In this document: in pieces, positions 49,240 through 59,459 of the stretch
How the letters are laid out: every line of letters starts with the position of its first letter
Position numbering within the stretch: the stretch's first letter is position 1
Origin: Ginglymostoma cirratum
Lineage: Eukaryota
NCBI GenBank assembly: GCA_024137785.1
Contig: JAHRHZ010000002.1
Span: 5,076,328-5,140,327 of the forward strand
DNA length: 64,000 nucleotides
Direction: 5' to 3'
Notes under the pieces: generated by a model
What the model was told of the DNA's origin: nothing
The model's database searches: none
Seen by the model: only the letters and a program-made list of their open reading frames with translations
Translations under genes and position numbers: made by a program

Positions 49240-50750
49240 GGTAGGTAATCCTTTAAAGACAAGGTTTAGTGGACCTTACCAAACTGAAATGAAATTGTGT
49301 GGGTGAATTTTTTGATTAAATCGCTAGATAGAAGGAAAGCTCACAGAGTGTGTCATGCAAATATGAACATAGAACATAGAACAGTACAGCACAGTACAGG
49401 CCCTTTGGTCCACGATGTTGTGCCGACCTATTATCCTACTCTAAGATCAAACTACCCTGCATACCCTACATTTTACTATCATCCATGTGCCTATCCAAGA
49501 GGCGCTTAAATGTCCCTAATGTATCTAATGCTCAAAGGTATTTTGATAGGGAAGGAATGAAGAAGGAGAATGTGTTACAACTCAGAGTGAAGAACTAAAT
49601 TCAGATGATTCTGAATTTGATATTTCTCAAATTAAATTGGACAATGAGAATGTTCTTAAAAAGTGGGATAAATTATTGACTTACTTTCCAGAGGAAAATC
49701 AAAATGACTTAAATGAGTTATTACAATCACCTGGAGAGATATGTGCGAATAAGCTGGGAAGTCCTCAACTGATTCTGCATGATATCGGATATAGGAAATG
49801 CTGCTTCAACAGAGCAACATCCTTATAGAACTGAACGTCTAAAATTGCCACAGAATCAAAAAGAGATTGAAAGCTTGCTCAGAGACAACATAATTGAAGT
49901 GATTTGGAGCAAACAGAGCTCACCCATAATGATGGTGCCAAAACCAGATGCTGTCCAACGACTATGTGTGGATGATCACAAAGTCAATGCAATTACGAAA
50001 TTCGATTTGTATCGTATTCCATGGGTGGAAAACTCTACTGTGAACGTGGGAGAAGCAACTTATATTTCTAAGCTGAACTAACTCAGAGGATACTTGCAGG
50101 TACCTTTATCTGAAAAGCAAAGGAAATTTCAGCTTTCCTGACACTGAGTTTACCAGTTTAAATTCATGCCATTTGGTATGAAAAATGTGCCAGCCACATT
50201 TCAAAGACTAACTAATAAGGCCACTTTGGTATTACCCAGTTGTGTGGTGTACATAGATGATCTGGTGATTTTTAGTCACACATGGAAAGAATATTTAGAG
50301 CATCTGTTTGAATTGTTTGAATGACTTCAATAAGCAGGATTCCTGATAAGAACAAAGAACAAAGAACAAAGAAAACTTACAGCCCAGGAACAGGCCCTTC
50401 GGCCCTCCAAGCCTGAGCCGATCCAAATCCACTGTCTAAACCTATCGCCCAATTCCTAAGGATCTGTATCCCTCTGCTCCCCACCTACTCATGCATCCGT
50501 CCAGACGCACCTTAAATGAATCTACCGTGCCTGCCTCTACTACCTCTGCTGGCAACGCGTTCCAGGCACCTACCACCCTGGCTATGAGTAAGTTTGCAAA
50601 AGTCTAATCACATTTCTAGACCATATCATTGGACATGGACAGATGGCCCCATGGTTTGTGAAAACAAAGATTATTCTGGAGTTTTCAATACCAATGACAA
50701 AGAGGAAAGTGTGACAATGCCTGAGACTGAGTGATTTTTACTTTCAGGAC
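49240..50750 (+). mobile_element. Gypsy (Gmr1-like) pol remnant: integrase end followed by RT, with two nested CR1/SINE tails (~49345-49530, ~50348-50578)
   Basis: PLKTRFSGPY..HRVCHANM, then HPYR, SSPIMMVPKPD, RLCVD, MPFGMKNVPATFQRL, VYIDDLVIFS. Confidence 0.85.
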
Positions 50751-51029
50751 TGAGAGTCACCATAGATGCTGAATGAGTAAAGGCCTTCTATCATGGTACG
50801 CTTAGAGATTGGTGACCTTATAAAACCCCTGGAGTTGGTTGTCTGATTGACATGATGTGTATTGTAAAGATAGCCATTAGTTGTAAATGTAGTGAAACGG
50901 CTCAGAGAGGCACTTACTGCATTGAAAGATGCGCATTTTTTATTTAGAGTAATGCCATGTTTGATCTAATAATGAACATAGTTTTACAATTTTTTGGAAA
51001 ATGCATACATTTTGGGGAAAAACGGTCTA

Positions 51030-51245
51030 TTTCTATTTATATCATCAATGCTTAGAACTAACTAAAAGTGCTAATAATTGAGGTTTGTCATCAATAAATA
51101 ATTGTAAGCAGTTGATTGTCTGAATTCTTTGTTCATGATTTCTCAAGAAAGGCTTAATTCATTCAGTTTAGCAGCTTGAGTGTCCCTGCATCAGCAGTTG
51201 TTGAAAATCAGTTCAATGTGAACTGGGGGAAGTTAATGCCATTCA
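51030..51245 (+). pseudogene. Orphan copy of the class I-like gene 3' end / poly(A) flank
   Basis: Aligns with 30720-30925, including AATAAA (51093-51098) and caagaaagg.ttaattcattcagt. Confidence 0.65.
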
Positions 51246-51744
51246 TGGGTTGCAGGTCACTGCTAAACCTTGGATGGCTGGGAATTCCGCGGATCCTGGT
51301 GTTCTTCCTGGTACTAAATCCAATTCAGGACACAGACACAAAGGAGATACTCAGACCCCTTGAAGGTAGGTGAGGTGGGGCGATGGGGACAGGAGAGTGC
51401 AGAGAGAGAGAGAAAAGCACCCAGGCTTACCCCCAGGGCCAGGGCTCTGACTTATGAAGAAGGGAGAATTGGGCTATTTTACCAGGAAAGGAAGCACCTG
51501 ATAGGATTTGTAAAACATTAAACAGTCTGGACAAAGAAAATCTGACAGAAGCTTTAAACGAAGCTCAGAGATTCAGAACAGGAAGACAGAGTTACATGGG
51601 GAGAGATTCTTCACACAGGCAGTAATCCATGAGCTATATCTAATAAAGAGATCTAGTGTGGGGGCTTATGAAGTGGATTTATTTTCAGAAAGTCCACTGT
51701 GGGGCTTTTAGTTGCAGTGAATCCAGTGAAGGGGTAGATAATAA

Positions 51745-51905
51745 GACTCAGGTACAGAGGATCCAGTGTCGTGTTTACAGTGAGAGTCGGATACAGAGAA
51801 TCCAATGTAGGGGTTGGTGACAATTGGGTACAGAGAACCCAGTGTGGTGGGAGGGGGCGGTGGGATTGATGGTGAGAGTCGGGTACAGAGAACCCAGTGT
51901 GGGGA
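51745..51905. repeat. Degenerate minisatellite (core gggtacagagaacccagtgt, ~4 copies)
   Basis: Recurring core with 35-60 bp spacing. Confidence 0.7.
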
Positions 51906-52639
51906 TTCATCCAGTTCACTGCACTCTCCTTCTACCAGTACCTGTCATGTGAGAACACATTTCTCCATTAATCCAAATGGACTAGACGCTCACATCCCCT
52001 CCTCCTGTAGGATTTTAACAGATCTAACAAATCAAAACTGGATATCCATGAGGCCCTGTGAGACATCAACTGCAACAGAATTATGTTCCAATGCAATGTA
52101 CAGCCTCATGGCTCAGCATATCCCCCACTCCCTCATTGCCATCGAGCCAGGGAATCCCCTGTGACTGAAGCTCCATGTCTCTTCTCACACCCAGCCTTAC
52201 TGGCTCAGAGCCTGAAAAATCACCCTGGCTGTGCTTGAGCTTCCACATCACTGAGACTAAGCAATTGCTCATATTTTTACATAAGAATCTGAGAACTTGG
52301 AGCAAGAGCAGGCATTTTAGTCCCTTGATCATGGGTGATATCATTTGGTTCTCAATTCCATTTTCCTGCCTAAATCTTTTTCTTGTTACAAGCTAAAAAT
52401 CTGTCTATCTCCTTAAATTTGTTCAGTGTCCGGTGTTCACTGTCCTCTGTGGCAGAGAATTCTACAGATTCGTAACCTTTTGAGACAAGTAATTCCACGT
52501 CATTTCTGTTTTAAATCTGCTCACCCTTCTCCTAAGCTGTGACCTCTTAGTCCTACATTGACCCATTTGTGGAAGTGTCTGCTGTACGCCGACTTTGTCA
52601 ATCCCCTTCAGCATCTTATGTACTTCAATTAGACCTCCG

Positions 52640-54340
52640 CATAACAGACAGCATAAACTAAAAGAAAGCGTTTATGAAAATACAAAAGAGAAAGCTGAAT
52701 TGGAAAGATGCAAAGACCAGCACAGGGCCACAAAGCAGCTTATAAAAGCAACTAAAAGGGGTTGCGAAAGGAAATTTGAAATGGACTTCAAAATCAAGAA
52801 GAAGAAATATTATAGTTAAATAAAGGCAAAGGGGGTAGCCAGGGGCAATACCGGCCAATTAAAGATTGAATGATCATGGGGAAATGACAGCATGTTGAAT
52901 AATTACTTCACCTCATTATTTAGAGTAGAAAAGGATCACAGCTAGCTAGAACTTCCAAAGAAATGAACAGTGGATTGGGACATTGAACTGAATAACATTA
53001 AAGTCAGTAAAACATCCATAATCAAGGAATTAATTAAAATAGAGTGACAAATTCCTGGGACCTGAAAGTTTCCATCTGAGGATGATAAAGGAAGTAGGGG
53101 AACACATTGTAGATGCCCGAACTATAATCTTTCAGAGTTCCCAAGATATACGAGTTGTCCATATGATTAGAAAATTGCATGTGTCACTCTGTTTTGTCAG
53201 GATCTCCATGTGAGGATCTATGTTAGGGCTTCAATTATTTACATTATTTATTAATTACTTTAATAATGGCATAGGAAGTCATAAATCCAAACGTGTCAAT
53301 GATTGAAAGTTAAGGGGCATTGTAGACGGTGTAGATGCAGACGATAGCATAAAATTACAAAGGGATATTGATAGGCAAAGTTAATTGGGAAAAATGTTGT
53401 ACCTGGACTTCAATATAGCAGGTGTGAGTGGACCAAAAAAGGATAGATCAGGGTAGGTTCAAGAAGGTATGAAGTTAAATACAGTGGCTTTCCAAAGAGA
53501 CTTGATGTTCAGATGCCTCGATCTTTGCAATGTCACAAACAGGTACAGAGAATAATGAAGAATAATCGAACTCTGGCCTTTGTATCTAGAGAACTGAAGG
53601 ATGCAGAAATTACTTTGCAGCTGCACAAAACCGTGGTCAGATCCCAGAAAGAGAACTGTGAGCAGATCTCGGCACCATACCTTAGGAAGGATGTATTTGC
53701 GTTGGGGCTCAAAACAGTTTGCAAGAATGATATCTGGACTTCAGATGTTAAGTTATGAGGAGAGATTATACAAACTAGGCCTGTTTTCTCTAGAATTTAG
53801 AAGGTTCAAAGCTTAAACTGTAAATCCTCTAGATTAATTCCAGAGATGATAGGCTTGTCTTATGAAAAGTTATTGAACAGTTTGTACTCACTAGATTTTA
53901 GAAAAAGCAACACAAGTAGGCCATTCAGCCCCTCAAGCCTGTTATACTACTCAATAAGATTGAGGTAATCAGATTAAAATCGTTACGTTATTAATATGAA
54001 AAAATAAGTTAGATAAAAATAAACTATTTCCATTCGACGGAGATTCTAGAACTAGGGGACATAATCTAAAAATTAAGGCCAAATCACTCAGGAGAGATGA
54101 CAGGAAGCATTTGTACACACAGGGTGGTAGAGGTTTGGAATTCTCTTCCATAAATATCAGTGGATGTAGACCAGTTATTAATTTTAAATCTGAGATAGAT
54201 AAATTTGTGCTAAGCAGAAGTATTAATAGATATGGGTCCACAGCATATCCTTTGACAGTAAGTAGAGTTAGACTACAGATCAATCACAATATTGTTAAAC
54301 GGTGTAACAGGCTAGAGGGGATGAATGGCCTCCTTCCATT
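52640..54340 (+). mobile_element. Decayed CR1 fragments
   Basis: LQRDIDR, APYLRKD, LSYEERLYKLGLFSLEFRR. Confidence 0.75.
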
Positions 54341-54550
54341 TTCATGTCCTTATGTTCTAAACTCTAGTAAGTTGAGGCCTAAATTGGTCAATATCTCCTT
54401 GTAAAATGAACCTATCATCTCTGGAATAAAACAGTGAACCTGCAGGTTAAGATCGAGGAAAAGATCAAGTTTCAATGCAAATAGGGCACAGTCTTCAAAG
54501 ACTGTTATATTATTGGCTTCTCCTATCTGTAAACAGAACTTGTTTTACCC

Positions 54551-55020
54551 CAGATAACAAGGTGCAGAGCTGGATGAACACAGCAGGCCAAGCAGCATCA
54601 TAGGAGCAGGAAAGCTTGACGTTTCGGGTCTAGACCCTTCATCAGAAATGGAGAGGGGAAGAGGGTTCTGAAATAAATCGGGAGAGAGGGGGAGGCGGAT
54701 AGAAGATGGATAGAGGAGAAGATAGGTAGAGAGGAGACAGACAAGTCAAAGAGGCGGGGATGGAGCCAGTAAAGGTGAGCGTAGGTGGGGATGTAGGGAG
54801 GAGATAGGTCAGTCCAGGGAGGACGGATAGGTCAAGGGGGCAGGATGAGGTTAGTAGGTGGGAGATGGGGGTGCGGCTTGAGGTGGGAGGAGGGGATAGG
54901 TGAGAGGAAGAACAGGTTAGGGAGGCGGGGACGAGCTGGGCTGGTTTTGGGATGCGGTTGGGGGAGGGGAGATTTTGAAGCTTGTGAAATCCACATTGAT
55001 ACCATTGGGCTGCAGGGTTT
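54551..55020 (-). mobile_element. Penelope-like family A 3' end (little decayed)
   Basis: TLQPNGINVDFTSFKIS end of ORF followed by the full terminal repeat. Confidence 0.88.
54615..54648 (-). ncRNA. Minimal hammerhead ribozyme with intact core
   Basis: ttt-CTGATGA-a-GGGT ctag ACCC-GAAAC-GTC-aag; palindromic ACGT stem III, predicted cleavage after GUC (54618). Confidence 0.72.
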
Positions 55021-55073
55021 TAATGTGTTTTATTCAGAGTTTCTGATTGAAATAGGGACAGTGGATTCCCAGA

Positions 55074-55125
55074 ATGTTGCTGATTCTTTTCTCCACCTCC
55101 CTGTATTTTTTCCTGGGTCTCTCCT
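55074..55125 (+). pseudogene. Orphan class I-like leader exon (MLLILFSTSLYFFLGLS)
   Basis: Homologous with its flanks to 57640-57755; 52 nt and phase 1 if the weak GTTGAG donor is used. Confidence 0.65.
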
Positions 55126-55789
55126 GTTGAGTACGGAATTCAGCTTTCCATTCTCACTCTCTGTTCTCCAGCTCAGGGTGAGAACAGAACTTTCGTGGAA
55201 TTTTACTTGATGGATTTGGTAGTGTTTCATGGGAGAACTGGTCTCTCTCCAGTCTGGGTCTGAGCCAGTTTAACAATCCCTCAGGGACTGGGGGCTCAGG
55301 TTGTTAACCCTCCCCGGAAGGCAGGGACATGAGCAGATTCACCCTTGATCTCTGGGCTGGTATTGAAAGCAACCAGGGATACGTTAAAATGAAATAAGAT
55401 CCTATTAATCAACTCCCAATGAGAGCAGAGTGCCAAGTGAAAGATAGCCATGATATGGAAGTACTGGTGTTGACTACTGATCAGTACATCAGGTGAAGTG
55501 TTGCTCATTTCACCTGATGAAGGAGCAGTGATCCAAAAGCTGGTGTTTTCAAATAAACCTGTTGAACAATAACCTGGTATTGTTTGACTTCCGACCAAGT
55601 GAAAGGGTGATGGGTGATTGTATTGGTAAGCAGCATTCCCACTCAGAGCACGGTACTGATAGGCAGCATTTTTAAAGCAGCCAAGGACTGCATTTACTTA
55701 TCACTTCCTGGTCTGTGTTGTACAATGTTCACTGACTCTGATTTTGAAAGTGAGCGAAGCTTGAGTCAAAAGAGAGAGAAGTTATAATA

Positions 55790-56090
55790 ACTACAACCAC
55801 AGCCTGTATTACTGGTAAAACTGCCAGAATTATTGGCAGCATGACTCGTATCACTGGCCTACAACCAGTATTACTGGCACCACGACTAATATTACTGGCA
55901 CCACAACCAATAATTCTGCTGCAATGACTTGTATAACTAGTGTTCCAGCCACAAAACTGTCACCATGACCAGTACTACTTGCATGATGACAAGAATTACT
56001 GTTATCGCAACCAGTATCACTGGCATCACGATCAATCATATTGATATGGGCAATATTTTTGGTGTCACACGCAGCATAACTGGTATATTG
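55790..56090. repeat. Degenerate 21-bp tandem repeat (accagtattactggcaccacg-like)
   Basis: Best-preserved units at 55852-55915. Confidence 0.6.
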
Positions 56091-56409
56091 GTGCTCAAAT
56101 TCCACAGCGTACTGTTTCTTTACTGGTACCAGGACTCCTGGACTTTCCCTCTGGGTGACAATGAAAAAGCTAGAGGCCTGAGTGGAGGTAGGGCACTGTT
56201 TCCAGGTTCCTGCATTGCTTTTCCCCTGTGACTGAAGTTTCATGTACGGCTTCCTAATCAATCTGTTCAGAGGTGTTATTAAATACCGGTGGAGGAAGTG
56301 GAACTTGAACCCACATTGTTTGGCTCAGCAGAAGTGTCACCAGTCTGTGCCACAAGAGCGTCTCAGTAAAGCTCCCTAATGCCTGGATGACCAGAATAAA
56401 TAAAGTAGT

Positions 56410-56942
56410 ACGTGACATTGGTTAAACCACTTTTGGAATACTGCATGCAATTCTTCTCCCTCTGCTTTAGGAAAGATGTTGTGAAACTTGGAAAAGATTT
56501 ACAAAAGTGTTGCCAGGGTTGGAGGCTTTGAGCAATAGGGAAGAGCTGAACAGACTATGGATATATTCTCTGGAGCATCGGAGGCTGAGGGTTGACCTTA
56601 CAGAGGCTTATAAAATCATGAGGGGCATGGAGTGGGGAAGCCTAAAACTGGAGGGTGTAGATTTAGGGTGAGAGGGGAAAGATCTAAGAGCAACCTAAGC
56701 GGTAACGTTTTCATGTAGCGGGGTGGTGCATTTATGGAATGAGCTGACAGACGACTTGGTGGAGGCTGGTACAATTACAACCTTTAAAAGGCATCTGGAT
56801 GGGTAAATGAATAGGAAGGGTTTAGAGGGATATGGGCCAAATGCAGGCAAATGTGACTAGATTAATTTAGGATATCTGGCTGGCATGGTCAAATTGGACT
56901 GAAGGGTCTGTTTCCATGTTATACATCTGTATGACTCTATGA
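56410..56942 (+). mobile_element. CR1 3' end
   Basis: LVKPLLEYC, RRLR.DL.EAYKIMRG, and a ctctatga tail. Confidence 0.85.
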
Positions 56943-57179
56943 TCGATGACTCAATGAGGTGAATGGAATACCATCTGGTGTCTCTCTGCTTTCCACCTGG
57001 ATTATTTTTCCTGCGATTTTACATGAAAGCCTAGACGTTGGTAGAATAAATGAGCTCGCACATGTCATCCACCCTGAAGCAGAGAAAGGATATCTCTTTA
57101 TGATGCACCAGTTTGGAAATAACAGATAAATTGTCAGCATAATTAAGTAAGGAACAAAACATTTCCCAAAACAGCTTCC

Positions 57180-57675
57180 CTGAATTGGCAGTCTGATTGG
57201 GCAATGTGTTTACTGTAAGGGAGCAGTAGGATCCCAGTAACTCGACTCTCTGGGGCTGGTGTTTGAGGTATGTCCATGCTCACACAGAGTTTCAGTCGCA
57301 GAGCCTGAATCTCCACTTGTCTGACTTTGTTTCTCGTAGTAACATGACAGACAACTGCTTCTCTCTTTATTGGGTGCTTTTCTGAGACTTGCTACTCATT
57401 CATTCTGTTCCGCAGTGAGAAGCAAACAATCAATGTTCAAGTTCAAAAATAAGATTAAGTCTTGATGGAACAAAAACAAAGTTGCTGGAAAAGCTCAGCA
57501 AGTCTGGCAGCATCTGTGAAGGAGAAAACAGAGTTAACATTTCGGGTCCGGTGACCCTTCCTCAGAATTCTCGAGTCTTGATAACCCTTTTTGCTTTGCG
57601 TAAACAGCAGTTGTTTCCCCTTTGGAGTATTTGATTCCCAGTTCCTAATTGGAAAAAGGACGATGGATACATAGA
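57180..57675 (+). promoter_or_regulatory. Putative class I promoter of gene D, interrupted by a Penelope tail (57467-57573)
   Basis: CTGATTGG at 57193-57200, ISRE-like agtttcagt at 57288, X1/X2-like cgtagtaaca-tgacaga at 57335-57351, ATTGG at 57369 and 57648. The insert has TSD agtcttgat. Confidence 0.4.
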
Positions 57676-57726
57676 ATGTTGCTGATCCTTTTCTCATCTC
57701 CCTATGTTTTTTCTGGGTCTATTATG
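57676..57726 (+). pseudogene. MHC class I-like gene D leader exon, 1-nt deletion
   Basis: ATG...tatg|GTAAAT, 51 nt. Restoring one T gives MLLILFLISLCFFWVYY in phase 1. Confidence 0.7.
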
Positions 57727-58349
57727 GTAAATACAGAATTCAGCTTTCCAATCTCTCTCTCTCTCTCTGGGGTGAATGTGAGTTTCTTGGTGAGAGTTTG
57801 AAATGGGGAATGTTTGACCAGCCGCCTGTTACACAGCCAGCCTGATATTTTACACATTAAAGGCAGCACAGTCTGGGAGACTCTGATGGGATTTGCGTCC
57901 AGGCCTCCTGACAGCAAGATGCAGAAACCCCGAGATCAGAGATGCTCGGACCAAATAGGAAATGGTCCAAACGTATAATTTTAATTTTCACATCAATTGG
58001 GAGAAACCAACCAACTTCATCACTACTGGTCTAAAGTCAGTTAACACTATACGGAGGAGAAAGATTCTCCATGTTTAAATCACCCCAGGCTGAGCAGTGA
58101 TGCCCTCATGGTTGAATAGGTTGGATTATCTCTGACATCAACATCCTACAGGCCATGTACAAAAGGGTGATTAAAAAGGTCAGTGAAGGACAGTAGAGAT
58201 CCTGCTCTGGATTGTCCATCCCCTTGTTTGTCAGAGAGTCTGTTCACACAGTGACTGTCCCCTATGATCTCACACTTCAACTTCCCAAATATTCCTATCT
58301 CTCCTCATTTCAATCTGGATTCACTCACTCCCCATCTTTTCAGGTTATG

Positions 58350-59450
58350 GCGATAAACCACCCACCTACTGATTGCCAATTTGTCTTTGAGAAGTTAGTA
58401 TTGAATTGTCTCCTTGACCCACTTGAGTCCATATAGTGTAGGGACATCCACAATGTGGATTGAGTTCGAGGATTTTGACCCAGTGATAGTGAAGAATCAG
58501 CAAAATAGTCCTAATTCAGGAAGGTATGCAACTTGGATTGGTACTTGCAGATAATGATGTTCCCATACCTCTGCTACCTTTGTACTTCCAGATGGTGGAG
58601 GCCAAAGGTTTGGAAGACTTAGGAAGAAAGACTGTTGAGAGAGTCTTGGTGACTTTCTGCAGTACTCCTTATAGATGAGATGCATTAATAACACTTAGCA
58701 TCTGTATGAATGGAATGAATGTTGAAGGTGGTGGGTGGGAGACCAGTCAAATGGACTGCTTTGTCCTGGATGGTGTCAGACTTCTTGAGATGCACTCATC
58801 AAGGCAAGTGGTGAGTATTACATCACGTTGTAGATGGTTCTGGGGAGTCAGGAGGTGAGTTACTCACTGAAATATTCTAAGCTTTTGACCTGCTCTTGTA
58901 GCGATGTATTAATATGGTCCTTCCAGTTCAGTTTCTGGTCAATGGTAACCTCTAGGTTCTTGATAATAGAGAACTCAGCGATAATAATGATGTTCAAGAT
59001 CAAGTGGTGATGGTTGGAGCTGATCGTTGCCTGGCACTTGTGCAGCAGAACTATTATCAGTACAATCTGGATGTTCTACAGGTGTTCCTGCACTCAGAAA
59101 AGACTGATTTATTATGTGAGGAGTTGAAATGGTGCTGAACATTGTGAAACCATCAGTGAACATCCCCAGTTCTAACATTGTGATGGAGGGAAGGTCATCG
59201 ATGGAAAAGCTGAAGATGATTGGTCTCGGACACTTCCCTGAGGAAGTGTTGGCTCTGAAATGATTGATCTCCAATAAGATCAGCCGTCTCCCTTTGTGCT
59301 CAGTATAACTCAACAAATGAAGTATTCTTTATTTGTTTGCCTTTGACTCCAGTTTTGCTGAGACTCTTTGATGTCATATCAGTCAAATGTTGCCTTGATG
59401 CCCAATCACCCTCATATCAACTTTGGAGATCAGCAATTTCATCTTTATGT
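58350..59450 (-). mobile_element. CR1/L2-group LINE 3' part (same family as 3966-5200)
   Basis: FSIDDLPSI..LGMFTD; reverse-complement similarity to 4000-5150. Confidence 0.75.
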
Positions 59451-59459
59451 AGACCGGAG

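Noticed and set aside
51400-51520. Minus-strand GTAAG donor as the missing gene C leader
   Set aside because: No open hydrophobic ATG-initiated frame leads into it and it does not resemble the two real leader exons.
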